Below, in pieces: positions 49,530 through 59,867 of a stretch of DNA of 64,000 bases. Origin of the DNA: Escherichia phage T2; the sequence record NC_054931.1; one strand, given 5' to 3'. The notes under the pieces are model-generated. The model worked only from the letters and a program-made list of their open reading frames with translations. It had not been told where the DNA came from and did no database searches. The position numbers were made by a program, and so were the translations under genes. Numbering within the stretch: the stretch's first letter is position 1; every line of letters begins with the position of its first letter.

Positions 49530-51298
49530 AAAAGCCACAAGAAATGCAAACGATGCGTAGAAAAGTTATTTCAGATAATAAACCAACACAGGAAGCGGCT
49601 AAATCCGCTTCTAACACTTTATCTGGACTTAATGATATATCTACGAAATTGGATGATGCTCAAGCTGCTTCTGAATTAATAGCTCAAACTGTCGAAGAAA
49701 AATCGAATGAAATAGTTGGAGCAATTGGTAACGTAGAAAACGCAGTGAGTGATACTACTGCCGGTTCTGAGTTAATTGCTGAAACTGTCGAAATTGGCAA
49801 CAATATTAATAAAGAAATCGGTGAATCACTCGGAAGCAAATTAGATAAATTAACAAGTTTACTAGAGCAAAAAATTCAGACAGCTGGAATTCAACAGACT
49901 GGAACTAGTTTAGCCACAGTTGAAAGCGCTATTCCTGTTAAAGTCGTTGAGGATGATACTGCTGAATCTGTGGGTCCTTTATTACCGGCTCCCGAAGCAG
50001 TTAATAATGATCCTGACGCTGATTTTTTCCCTACCCCTCAGCCAGTTGAACCCAAACAAGAATCGCCAGAAGAAAAACAGAAAAAAGAAGCATTTAACTT
50101 AAAATTATCTCAAGCTTTAGATAAATTAACAAAGACTGTTGATTTTGGATTTAAGAAATCCATTTCAATTAGTGATAAAATATCAAGCATGTTATTTAAG
50201 TACACCATCAGTGCTGCTATTGAAGCTGCTAAAATGACTGCAATGATATTGGCTGTTGTTGTTGGAATAGACCTGTTGATGGTTCACTTTAAATATTGGT
50301 CAGATAAATTTTCAAAAGCCTGGGATTTATTTAATACTGACTTTACTAAATTCTCTAGCGAAACCGGAACTTGGGGTCCTTTATTACAGAGCATCTTTGA
50401 TTCTATTGATAAAATTAAACAACTTTGGGAAGCGGGAGATTGGGGTGGATTGACAGTAGCTATTGTTGAAGGGCTTGGAAAGGTTCTTTATAATTTAGGA
50501 GAACTTATTCAGCTTGGAATGGCTAAATTATCTGCGGCAATTCTTCGAGTCATTCCTGGCATGAAGGATACTGCTGATGAAGTAGAAGGAAGAGCACTAG
50601 AAAATTTCCAAAATTCTACTGGAGCATCTCTCAATAAAGAAGACCAAGAAAAAGTAGCAAATTATCAAGATAAACGAATGAATGGAGACCTTGGCCCAAT
50701 AGCAGAAGGACTAGACAAAATCTCTAACTGGAAAACTCGTGCATCTAACTGGATTCGTGGTGTAGATAATAAAGAAGCACTGACTACTGACGAAGAACGT
50801 GCAGCAGAAGAAGAAAAATTAAAGCAGCTTTCACCTGAAGAAAGAAAAAATGCTTTAATGAAGGCCAATGAAGCTCGTGCCGCGATGATTCGTTTTGAAA
50901 AATATGCTGATTCAGCTGATATGAGTAAAGACTCAACGGTTAAATCAGTTGAAGCTGCCTATGAAGACCTTAAACAGCGGATGGATGACCCGGATTTAAA
51001 TAATTCGCCGGCAGTTAAAAAAGAACTTGCTTCTAGATTTGCTAAAATTGATGCTACTTATCAAGAGCTCAAGAAAAATCAGCCTAATGCCAAACCTGAA
51101 ACTTCTGCTAAATCACCAGAAGCGAAACAGGTCCAGGTTATTGAAAAGAACAAAGCACAACAAGCTCCTGTTCAACAAGCATCTCCTTCAATCAATAATA
51201 CTAATAATGTTATTAAGAAAAATACTGTCGTTCATAATATGACACCTGTTACGAGCACAACTGCTCCTGGTGTATTTGGCGCGACTGGAGTTAATTAA
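49526..51298 (+). CDS. 29: tail tube tape measure / baseplate hub protein gp29
   Basis: 590 aa, matches T4 gp29. Confidence 0.95.
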   Translation: MKKPQEMQTMRRKVISDNKPTQEAAKSASNTLSGLNDISTKLDDAQAASELIAQTVEEKSNEIVGAIGNVENAVSDTTAGSELIAETVEIGNNINKEIGESLGSKLDKLTSLLEQKIQTAGIQQTGTSLATVESAIPVKVVEDDTAESVGPLLPAPEAVNNDPDADFFPTPQPVEPKQESPEEKQKKEAFNLKLSQALDKLTKTVDFGFKKSISISDKISSMLFKYTISAAIEAAKMTAMILAVVVGIDLLMVHFKYWSDKFSKAWDLFNTDFTKFSSETGTWGPLLQSIFDSIDKIKQLWEAGDWGGLTVAIVEGLGKVLYNLGELIQLGMAKLSAAILRVIPGMKDTADEVEGRALENFQNSTGASLNKEDQEKVANYQDKRMNGDLGPIAEGLDKISNWKTRASNWIRGVDNKEALTTDEERAAEEEKLKQLSPEERKNALMKANEARAAMIRFEKYADSADMSKDSTVKSVEAAYEDLKQRMDDPDLNNSPAVKKELASRFAKIDATYQELKKNQPNAKPETSAKSPEAKQVQVIEKNKAQQAPVQQASPSINNTNNVIKKNTVVHNMTPVTSTTAPGVFGATGVN

Positions 51299-51306
51299 GG
51301 AATAAT

Positions 51307-52401
51307 ATGGCAATTGTTAAAGAAATAACTGCTGATTTAATTAAAAAGTCCGGTGAGACAATTTCAGCCGGACAGAGCACTAAATCAGAAGTAGGAATTA
51401 AAACATACACAGCCCAGTTTCCAACTGGGCGTGCTAGTGGTAATGACACTACAGGGGACTTCCAGGTAACAGATCTATATAAGAATGGATTATTATTTAC
51501 TGCATACAATATGTCATCTAGGGATTCTGGAAGTCTTAGATCGATGAGATCTAACTACTCTTCTTCATCTTCGAGTATTTTACGTACAGCCAGAAACACT
51601 ATTAGTAGTACAGTATCAAAACTATCAAATGGATTAATATCAAATAATAATTCAGGAACAATAAGTAAAGCTCCTGTCGCAAACATTCTTTTACCGAGAT
51701 CTAAATCTGATGTTGATACATCATCACATAGATTTAATGATGTTCAAGAAAGCCTTATCAGTAGAGGCGGAGGTACTGCTACTGGAGTGCTAAGTAATAT
51801 TGCTTCAACCGCAGTATTTGGGGCGTTGGAAAGTATAACACAAGGTATAATGGCTGATAATAATGAACAGATTTATACGACAGCCAGAAGTATGTATGGT
51901 GGTGCTGAAAATAGAACTAAAGTGTTTACATGGGATTTAACTCCACGTTCAACAGAAGATTTAATGGCTATTATTAATATCTATCAATATTTTAACTATT
52001 TTTCTTATGGTGAAACGGGTAAATCTCAATATGCTGCTGAAATAAAGGGGTATTTAGATGATTGGTATCGTTCTACGTTAATTGAACCTTTATCTCCGGA
52101 AGACGCAGCTAAAAATAAAACACTATTTGAGAAAATGACATCGAGTTTAACTAACGTTCTAGTAGTTTCAAACCCGACGGTTTGGATGGTGAAAAACTTT
52201 GGTGCAACATCTAAGTTTGATGGAAAAACGGAAATATTTGGTCCATGCCAAATACAGAGCATCAGATTTGATAAAACACCTAACGGTAACTTTAACGGAT
52301 TAGCTATTGCTCCAAATCTCCCTAGTACATTTACTCTCGAGATTACTATGAGAGAAATTATCACGTTAAACCGTGCTTCTTTATATGCGGGGACTTTTTA
52401 A
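51307..52401 (+). CDS. 48: baseplate-tail tube junction protein gp48
   Basis: 364 aa, matches T4 gp48. Confidence 0.95.
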   Translation: MAIVKEITADLIKKSGETISAGQSTKSEVGIKTYTAQFPTGRASGNDTTGDFQVTDLYKNGLLFTAYNMSSRDSGSLRSMRSNYSSSSSSILRTARNTISSTVSKLSNGLISNNNSGTISKAPVANILLPRSKSDVDTSSHRFNDVQESLISRGGGTATGVLSNIASTAVFGALESITQGIMADNNEQIYTTARSMYGGAENRTKVFTWDLTPRSTEDLMAIINIYQYFNYFSYGETGKSQYAAEIKGYLDDWYRSTLIEPLSPEDAAKNKTLFEKMTSSLTNVLVVSNPTVWMVKNFGATSKFDGKTEIFGPCQIQSIRFDKTPNGNFNGLAIAPNLPSTFTLEITMREIITLNRASLYAGTF

Positions 52402-53366
52402 TGTATTCTTTAGAGGAATTTAATAATCAAGCAATAAACGCAGATTTCCAACGTAATAATATGTTTAGCTGCGTTTTTGCAACAACTCCATCAACTAAAA
52501 GCTCTTCGTTGATAAGTTCAATTAGCAACTTTTCTTATAATAACTTGGGCCTAAATTCAGATTGGTTAGGATTAACTCAAGGTGATATTAATCAGGGAAT
52601 TACAACGCTAATTACAGCTGGCACACAAAAACTAATAAGAAAATCGGGGGTTAGTAAATATCTTATTGGTGCCATGAGTCAACGTACAGTTCAAAGTTTA
52701 TTAGGCTCATTTACAGTTGGTACATATTTAATTGACTTCTTTAACATGGCATATAACTCATCTGGATTGATGATATACTCTGTAAAAATGCCAGAGAATA
52801 GATTATCCTATGAAACTGATTGGAACTACAACTCTCCTAATATTCGTATAACTGGGAGAGAATTAGACCCTTTGGTTATTTCATTTAGAATGGATTCAGA
52901 ATCGTGTAATTACCGTGCAATGCAAGACTGGGTTAATGCTGTTCAAGACCCAGTAACTGGATTACGTGCTCTGCCACAAGATGTCGAGGCAGATATCCAG
53001 GTTAATCTTCATTCTCGTAATGGATTGCCTCATACTGCGGTGATGTTCACCGGATGTATTCCAGTGTCAGTGAGCGCTCCTGAGTTATCATATGATGGAG
53101 ATAACCAAATAACTACATTTGATGTTACTTTTGCGTATAGAGTCATGCAGGCTGGAGCAGTTGATAGGCAAGCTGCGCTTGAATGGCTTGAATCTGCTGC
53201 TATAAATGGTATTCAAAGCTCTTCTGGAAATAATGGAGGTGTTACTGAACTATCTAGTTCGCTTTCACGACTTAGTAGATTAGGAGGAACTGCAGGAAGC
53301 ATTTCAAACATTAATACTATGACAGGGATTGTCAATTCGCAGAGTAAAATATTAGGAGCAATATAA
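52401..53366 (+). CDS. 54: baseplate-tail tube initiator gp54
   Basis: 321 aa, matches T4 gp54. Confidence 0.95.
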   Translation: MYSLEEFNNQAINADFQRNNMFSCVFATTPSTKSSSLISSISNFSYNNLGLNSDWLGLTQGDINQGITTLITAGTQKLIRKSGVSKYLIGAMSQRTVQSLLGSFTVGTYLIDFFNMAYNSSGLMIYSVKMPENRLSYETDWNYNSPNIRITGRELDPLVISFRMDSESCNYRAMQDWVNAVQDPVTGLRALPQDVEADIQVNLHSRNGLPHTAVMFTGCIPVSVSAPELSYDGDNQITTFDVTFAYRVMQAGAVDRQAALEWLESAAINGIQSSSGNNGGVTELSSSLSRLSRLGGTAGSISNINTMTGIVNSQSKILGAI

Positions 53367-53371
53367 CAATG

Positions 53372-53400
53372 GGGACCTTTCGGTCCCCATATTTTTATTT
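53372..53400. terminator. hairpin GGGGACC-TTTC-GGTCCCC with T-run, between convergent gene 54 and alt region
   Basis: Perfect 7-bp stem followed by ATATTTTTATTT. Confidence 0.6.
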
Positions 53401-53685
53401 ACGGAATGAAATGAAAGCAGAAACTGAAGCAACTAAACTGTCTTCAATATAAACTTCAATTTTTACCGGAGCTTCTGACTCAAATTTACCTGTTACTACA
53501 CCCTGGAAAATGCTTTCAGTCTGTTCTGGCTTTGAAAAATTTTCAGAAGGAAAAATTCCGAACTTTTTATCTGTTCCAAAAATTTTAATAAATTCATCGT
53601 AAACCGCTTCGTTAAAAGCATTATCAGCAGGAATAACGCCTTCAACTACAAGTTCTTGACCTAAAAAGCGCAAAGAAGATTTCAT
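53395..53685 (-). CDS. hypothetical early protein, 96 aa (downstream of alt)
   Basis: Track ORF with its own early promoter. Confidence 0.6.
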   Translation of the reverse strand: MKSSLRFLGQELVVEGVIPADNAFNEAVYDEFIKIFGTDKKFGIFPSENFSKPEQTESIFQGVVTGKFESEAPVKIEVYIEDSLVASVSAFISFRK

Positions 53686-53716
53686 TTTGTGTTCCTCATG
53701 TTATGTCAGTAAGATT

Positions 53717-53746
53717 ATTATAACACAACATAAGGAACTTGTAAAC
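53717..53746 (-). promoter_or_regulatory. sigma70/T4 early-type promoter (-35 GTTTACA, 17-bp spacer, -10 TATAAT)
   Basis: Read on the minus strand: GTTTACAAGTTCCTTATGTTGTGTTATAAT, immediately upstream of the 96-aa ORF. Confidence 0.6.
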
Positions 53747-55803
53747 TACATTTTGAACTTTTTAGACATTCCGTTGATGTTAACCAAAGAAGCTAATATT
53801 TGAGAAACTTCGTTTTCCTCTTCTTTTGATTCTTCTACAAGGAATTGATTAAATCCAGCCATTGGACGAACTTCACCAGTTTCCATTAAATGGTCTCCAT
53901 CATATACTGATTCTTCTAATTGTTCAGAAGGAGGAACGATTGTACCTTCGATTAGATACTTGTTATAAGCAGTTTCTTTCATAAAGTACGTACTTACTTT
54001 ATTAATCTTCAGTAAAATTCCACGCGGTAGAATAACTTCAGCTTCTGATGGAAATCCTGATAAATGACCTGGAACGATAACTTTGATTCGCTCAGCTCCT
54101 TTAATTACCATACCCACGCTAGTTTCAGCATCTTCATTAGCATATGTAGAATGACTACCCATATGCATCAAATCTTCTGCATCAACGGAACCTTCTCCTT
54201 CTCCAGAAAATACTGCACCGGAATCATCTAGAGCCATATAGTTTTTACCATGCTCGCCAAAGATATTTGGTTTAAGTGATGTCGATACGAAGTTCTTGAA
54301 ATAGAACATTTTGTTTTCAATGTTGTGACGCAAAGTTTTAAAGGTAACTTCTTGTCCGCGATAAAGCGTAGTTCCTGGAGGAAGAACTGAACCTTTAGCG
54401 AATGCAGAATCCAACGTCTCGATGTGCTTAATAGCACGTTCCATATATTCTTCACGGGTAGAATCTGGTTTACCCAAAAGGAACGAGTTCATTTCAACAT
54501 ATGAATCTGCACAATAATCTTCAATTACATCAGACTCAGCCTGAGTCAGTCCTTTTGGAGTTACTTCAGTGCTTGCATATTCATATGCCTGGGCAGCAGA
54601 TTCATTAATCAATTTATAAATGCCATTCATGACAAATTGAATAATAACTGTCTTTTCATCTGGCGTAGCTTTAGAACCTTTAACCAAATCATTGATAATT
54701 TTCTTAATAACATCAAAGCTATTAGAAATATTAATATCAGCAAGATCACTTAAAATTTTATCAGTTTTATAATCAAAGAATTCTTTATTCTTTAAATATT
54801 CTTGAGAACCTTGATATGTTATATCGCTCTGTAACTTGATAGATGGATCACGTAAACGTGCATGGGCTAATGCAATATGATTTCGGAAGTTTTCTAGTTC
54901 ATAATCGCTAGATTTAAAACGAGAAGCACTTCTCATACCACCGATAGCTCCTTTGCTGAAGTTTGAACCAATCTGAATAACGCCAGAGTTCATTGGTCCT
55001 TCTGCTTTATATACCGGAACTTTAGATTCAAACTCTTGATATTTCTTGGCAGCGAAGCTATCACCCTGAAGTGAAGCATCGACAGTAGAATATTGAGCTT
55101 GTGCTGCTAATCGACGACTAATTTTAGTTTTCTGAATAACCGCTTGGTCAGTACGTTTATCATTTTCTAAAGCAATAGAAGCAGCAACAGCGACAGCTTT
55201 AGGAACAGCATCACCTGTTTTAACATCTACATAAACATCACCGACCTTCGATTCAACTTTTGCGAATAACTCAGTTGAAATAGGAGGTACACCTGGAATG
55301 TCTTCTAAATTGGCATTTTTACGGTAAACCATAATATATGCATACTTTTTATCATAGTCCCAGATTTCCTTTAAAAGAACATATCGACCTGCTCCTTTAG
55401 TACGTACTAAACGGTCAGCAATAACTTGCATTTGACGAGCTGCGCCATTTGTTTTACTTTTTAGTACGCGGAATAAGCATGCGTCGATTTTATACTGTTT
55501 CATTGTTTGAAGAGCAGTATCAAAAACAGCATTAATGACGCCAATTGGATTTCCACCCAAGTTTCTAAGCTTAACCAGCGATAATTTCTCGTTGACACCT
55601 ATCATTACGATATGCATCATTTTATCGCCTGGCTTAACGTTTTTATTTGTATCACCACCAGAGGTGTATGTACAAAATCTAAATCCAGGAAGCACGCTTT
55701 CTTCGCCGGCTTGAATAGCAAAAATTTGTGGTATTTTATGCTTAGGATTTAAGTTAACAACCGGCGCCGAAGCGCCGTCAAATAATTCTGTAATAAGTTC
55801 CAT
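53746..55803 (-). CDS. Alt-like ADP-ribosyltransferase, paralog B
   Basis: 685 aa; N-terminus MELITELFDG (packaging/cleavage signal); R-S-E ART motifs (LYRGQ, STSL, EAEVILPRG) in C-terminal domain. Confidence 0.85.
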   Translation of the reverse strand: MELITELFDGASAPVVNLNPKHKIPQIFAIQAGEESVLPGFRFCTYTSGGDTNKNVKPGDKMMHIVMIGVNEKLSLVKLRNLGGNPIGVINAVFDTALQTMKQYKIDACLFRVLKSKTNGAARQMQVIADRLVRTKGAGRYVLLKEIWDYDKKYAYIMVYRKNANLEDIPGVPPISTELFAKVESKVGDVYVDVKTGDAVPKAVAVAASIALENDKRTDQAVIQKTKISRRLAAQAQYSTVDASLQGDSFAAKKYQEFESKVPVYKAEGPMNSGVIQIGSNFSKGAIGGMRSASRFKSSDYELENFRNHIALAHARLRDPSIKLQSDITYQGSQEYLKNKEFFDYKTDKILSDLADINISNSFDVIKKIINDLVKGSKATPDEKTVIIQFVMNGIYKLINESAAQAYEYASTEVTPKGLTQAESDVIEDYCADSYVEMNSFLLGKPDSTREEYMERAIKHIETLDSAFAKGSVLPPGTTLYRGQEVTFKTLRHNIENKMFYFKNFVSTSLKPNIFGEHGKNYMALDDSGAVFSGEGEGSVDAEDLMHMGSHSTYANEDAETSVGMVIKGAERIKVIVPGHLSGFPSEAEVILPRGILLKINKVSTYFMKETAYNKYLIEGTIVPPSEQLEESVYDGDHLMETGEVRPMAGFNQFLVEESKEEENEVSQILASLVNINGMSKKFKM

Positions 55804-55806
55804 GAT

Positions 55807-57903
55807 TTATCCTTGAACGAACTTGTAAGGCATGTTTGTAATATCTATGCAAGACGCAATAATTCCGAGAGATGATTCTACTTTCTGTTTAACATTTGAT
55901 GAAACAAATGATGCAAAGTCAACTCTGTCTTCTATTTCAATATCACCTGTCATTGCAACTACTTCGCCGGTTTCCATTAAACGGTCTCCGTCATAGATTA
56001 CCGATTCGGTGAGTTCTTCTGTGGTCATAACTTCAGCTTGAATGAGTTTTGTATTATTAGACGTGGTTCCGTCATTATTAGAAGCATCAGTTATTTTATT
56101 AACTTTGACCATCAATCCGCGCGGTAGAATAACTTCAGCTTCTGTTGCTATTCCGAGACTTCCTGGATATACAACATTAACTTTATGAGCTCCATCAATT
56201 GCCCATCCTATTTGAACTTTAACGTATTCAGGATTTTCTTTATACGCTCTTATTTCGTTTGGATTAATAGTTATTCCTTCTTCATTTTTATCAACTGTTA
56301 ATTCATTGCGAGCTTCTGGTTCTAAAAGACCAATACCAGCATGTGTAATTCCAAAACGTCCAAAAATGATAGGAGTTAAAGAAGTAGATACAAAATTTCT
56401 GAAATAGAACACTTTATTTTTAACTAGCGCTTCGTATATAGGAGCAGTCATACTTTGAGCACGATAAACTGTAATGCCTTCCGGTATGCGGTCACCATTT
56501 TCAAAAGCTGAATCTAAATTATTTATAGCAGATTCAATTTCTTTTTCACTCATTACATCATATCGTTCTGGATTGTAACGACCTAAAAGAAGATTATTAA
56601 TGTCTGTATATCCTGAACCACAATACTCTCTAATACCGCGCTTTTGTGATGGTGTATATTTAGAACCATCACAAGCAATAGTAATATCAATCATTGGACC
56701 AGCACCAATTCCAGAAAAACTATAAATCATTCGTTTGAGGAATTTAGTTTTTGCTGCATTCCAGGCATTTTTAGTTATTTCTCCCCAGACTTCATCTGGC
56801 TGCCCTTTACGAGTTTTATTATGTTTATCAAGCCAATTATCTTTATATTCTTCAAAGAATTGATTGACAGCTGCCGCGTATTTCTCTAAACATTTTATTG
56901 AAGTAGTTGGTTCATTTTTAATCGCGTTAAAAATTACATCTTTAATTTTTTCAGAAACTTCATCAACCTCACTTTTTGAAAAGAATTTATAGTCATAGTG
57001 AAGTTCATTCGCAGTTCCTTCGGCAATAATTTTTGCTGCCTTTGTTTTAGAAGCTAATGAATTAATTCCAATTTTCATTTCTTCTGCTTCGGGAATTAAA
57101 GGAGCGGTAGCAGGCTTATTGAAATTAGCTGCGGTAGATTCATACTTCTGGAATAATTCACTTTCAAATCTAGAAGATTCCAATGATTGACTTTGCGCAA
57201 TTGCTCTACGGGAAATTTTAACTTTAACGATTACAGCTTGGTCAGTACGTTTATCATTTTCTTGTGCAATAGATGCTGCAATTGCCTCGTTTTTAGTTAC
57301 TTGAGCTCCAGTATCTTTATTGATATAAACATCACCGACCTTCGATTCAACTTTAGTAAAGAGCTCGGTACTAATTTCCGGAACTCCTGGAATGTCTTCT
57401 AGTGATACATTTTTGCGATGTATAAGAATATATGCATACTTTTTATCATAATCCCAGAGTTCCTTAAGAAGGACGTATCTGCCACCTGAACGACTACGGA
57501 TAAGTCTATCAGCAATAACTTGAATTTGTCGAGCTTGACCAGCAGTTTTAGACTTAAGAATACGAAGCATACAAGCATCAATTTTATACTGACGCATTGT
57601 TTGCATTGCAACAGTAAAAACTGAATTGATATAATTAATTGGGCTTGGACCAAGACCTTTTAATTTAGCAATTGAACCTTTAGCAGTTAATGTAAAAGGA
57701 ACAATATGCATCATTTTATCGCCCATTTTTAAATCGCGATTAGTATCACCTCCAGATGTATAGGTACATAAACGAAAGCCTGGTTGTTCAATTGCATCAT
57801 CAACATGAACTGAAAAAATTTGTGGTATTTTCTTCTTTGGATTTAAGTTTGTAATCGGAAGAGTAGTATCTTCGTCAAATAATTCTGTAATGAGTTCCAT
57901 CAT
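55807..57903 (-). CDS. alt: Alt-like ADP-ribosyltransferase, paralog A (probable start at second Met, 57900)
   Basis: 697-698 aa; N-terminus (M)MELITELFDEDTT; ART motifs VYRAQ, STSL, EAEVILPRG. Confidence 0.85.
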   Translation of the reverse strand: MMELITELFDEDTTLPITNLNPKKKIPQIFSVHVDDAIEQPGFRLCTYTSGGDTNRDLKMGDKMMHIVPFTLTAKGSIAKLKGLGPSPINYINSVFTVAMQTMRQYKIDACMLRILKSKTAGQARQIQVIADRLIRSRSGGRYVLLKELWDYDKKYAYILIHRKNVSLEDIPGVPEISTELFTKVESKVGDVYINKDTGAQVTKNEAIAASIAQENDKRTDQAVIVKVKISRRAIAQSQSLESSRFESELFQKYESTAANFNKPATAPLIPEAEEMKIGINSLASKTKAAKIIAEGTANELHYDYKFFSKSEVDEVSEKIKDVIFNAIKNEPTTSIKCLEKYAAAVNQFFEEYKDNWLDKHNKTRKGQPDEVWGEITKNAWNAAKTKFLKRMIYSFSGIGAGPMIDITIACDGSKYTPSQKRGIREYCGSGYTDINNLLLGRYNPERYDVMSEKEIESAINNLDSAFENGDRIPEGITVYRAQSMTAPIYEALVKNKVFYFRNFVSTSLTPIIFGRFGITHAGIGLLEPEARNELTVDKNEEGITINPNEIRAYKENPEYVKVQIGWAIDGAHKVNVVYPGSLGIATEAEVILPRGLMVKVNKITDASNNDGTTSNNTKLIQAEVMTTEELTESVIYDGDRLMETGEVVAMTGDIEIEDRVDFASFVSSNVKQKVESSLGIIASCIDITNMPYKFVQG

Positions 57904-57923
57904 ATCCTCTCTAGTGTTTATTC

Positions 57924-57931
57924 TATTTATA
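57924..57931 (-). promoter_or_regulatory. late promoter TATAAATA on minus strand (alt)
   Basis: Reverse complement TATTTATA ~20 bp upstream of alt start, just after hairpin GGCCCGAAGGCC (57940-57951). Confidence 0.5.
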
Positions 57932-57952
57932 AAATTAAAGGCCCGAAGGCCT

Positions 57953-58141
57953 TTAATAATCTATAGGTAAGAGAGTACGATATATTTCAAACTTTGGACC
58001 TTTTTCATAAGCATCAAAAGTTTCTGTGAATTTATTATAAGCATATGCATCTATAAATTCAATCATGATTTGTGATACAGAAGTAGAAACATCTCCACCT
58101 TCTTTTTGAGCTACAACAATTGTTTCTAAGTAAGCTTTCAT
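57953..58141 (-). CDS. hypothetical small protein, 62 aa
   Basis: Track ORF between gene 30 and alt. Confidence 0.5.
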   Translation of the reverse strand: MKAYLETIVVAQKEGGDVSTSVSQIMIEFIDAYAYNKFTETFDAYEKGPKFEIYRTLLPIDY

Positions 58142-59601
58142 AGACCAGTTACCTCATGAAAATCGCCAAATACATCTTCGAACGTATTAGCTTTAGTTTT
58201 ATCTTCGCGTAAACGAATCGCAATCGGAAGAAATAATTTAACGTAATCAGTGCGGCCATCAGATTTTAACCAACCGTTGCATTCGCACTCTAGAATTTTT
58301 CCAATATAATAATTTTGGTTTTCCATAATGCGAGTACGGTCAAGTTCATGCGATTTTACACCGGCTTTATCTTTTAAGCCTGAACCAGCATTTACCTTAA
58401 TTTTTCCGCACTCTGACTCAAGAATAAATCCACCTGCTTTAGTAGGGTCTTTACGGTGAGGATAAATTCCTACAATTTTTAAATCAACATCAATTACTTC
58501 TTTAAATTTATAGAGATTTTTTGAACGAGCATTTTCCCATAATCCATCGATATTTTTGAGAATAATACCTTCAAGACCTTGGTCAATATACTTTTTATAA
58601 ATTACCTTAGCTTCATCTAGGTTATTTACTACCTGGTTTTCAATTAAAATTACTTTATCATATCCCGATGTCATTTGTTCTAGTTTAGAAAAACGTACAT
58701 CATACTTCAAACGAAATGCAGGAAGACCGTATATTTCTACCAACGGGACATAATCCCAGACCTGAAACTTCATGCATTGAGCTTCTTTTTCAGAAATGGT
58801 TCCCTTTAAAGATTTATTGGCGATGCCATTAGATGCAGTACGTGATTCAGCTACTTCTGTGAAGTCTTTAACTTTACTGTTTTCAGGATGAGCATCAAAA
58901 AGAAAATCTAGGCCTTCTGGCTCCTTTTTAACTTGCTCATGGTATACCAATTCGCCATCAATTAACACGCCTTCTGGATGAATCTGGCGGGCTTCAGCGG
59001 TCATTTTGATTAATTCTTCCTTAAGAAGATCTAATCCTAGATATTCATTACCGGCTCGTGATAAAAGACGAACATCATCTAATTCATCACCTCTGACTTC
59101 GGCAAAGCACCGAGCCCCATCAGCTTTTAACTGGGCAAAAGCTGGAAATTTGATATTCTTATTAATGCCTTTTTCATCATAAGAACTTGCAAGCATTTGA
59201 GGTTGTTCAGGAATTAAACCTGGCCAAACTTTGTTTGCAATAGATACTGAAGCACCACATTCAAGGTCTCGCATCATCACTCGACGCAAAACTTCAACAT
59301 CATCTTTTTTACCATCGGTGATATATCCAGTTAATTCCTCAATTGCTGCATTTCCAGTCAATTTCCGAGTAGCTAATGTGAATTCAATGAAGTCAAGCAT
59401 ATCGATAAGAGTCAACATTCCAAAACTCTGGGTAGCAATACCAGGTTTAGGCCATTTCTTGATATAATACTGCAACCCACGAGAATAAGTCAGACGATAT
59501 ACTCGTTTAAGCAATTCATTATCTTTATTCTTTTCAAGAATTGCTTGCTTCTGCTTAGTTGAACCAATAGATGCTATTTCGTTCAGAATTTTAAGAATCA
59601 T
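58138..59601 (-). CDS. 30: ATP-dependent DNA ligase gp30
   Basis: 487 aa; adenylation motif KADGAR; matches T4 DNA ligase. Confidence 0.95.
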   Translation of the reverse strand: MILKILNEIASIGSTKQKQAILEKNKDNELLKRVYRLTYSRGLQYYIKKWPKPGIATQSFGMLTLIDMLDFIEFTLATRKLTGNAAIEELTGYITDGKKDDVEVLRRVMMRDLECGASVSIANKVWPGLIPEQPQMLASSYDEKGINKNIKFPAFAQLKADGARCFAEVRGDELDDVRLLSRAGNEYLGLDLLKEELIKMTAEARQIHPEGVLIDGELVYHEQVKKEPEGLDFLFDAHPENSKVKDFTEVAESRTASNGIANKSLKGTISEKEAQCMKFQVWDYVPLVEIYGLPAFRLKYDVRFSKLEQMTSGYDKVILIENQVVNNLDEAKVIYKKYIDQGLEGIILKNIDGLWENARSKNLYKFKEVIDVDLKIVGIYPHRKDPTKAGGFILESECGKIKVNAGSGLKDKAGVKSHELDRTRIMENQNYYIGKILECECNGWLKSDGRTDYVKLFLPIAIRLREDKTKANTFEDVFGDFHEVTGL

Positions 59602-59867
59602 TATTCATCCTTCAGAGTTTGGTTTACAGCTCTATTATAAATCAATTCATCATTAAGCTCAGTCAAAGACCTATGATATGTGGTTCTAACTTTATTTCCT
59701 TGCATCCAGTGCTTGACGTAAATGAAACCTTGCTCTACACATTTTTTAAAAATTCGTTCGTCTTTTTGAGCTCGGAATTCTGGATTGCATCTAAAAAATT
59801 GATTTACGTGACCGTAATCACGTGTAGTATTACCTTCATTTTCATAAATAGTGTGAACAACAAACAT
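59601..59867 (-). CDS. hypothetical protein (T4 30.1 position)
   Basis: 88-aa track ORF. Confidence 0.6.
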   Translation of the reverse strand: MFVVHTIYENEGNTTRDYGHVNQFFRCNPEFRAQKDERIFKKCVEQGFIYVKHWMQGNKVRTTYHRSLTELNDELIYNRAVNQTLKDE

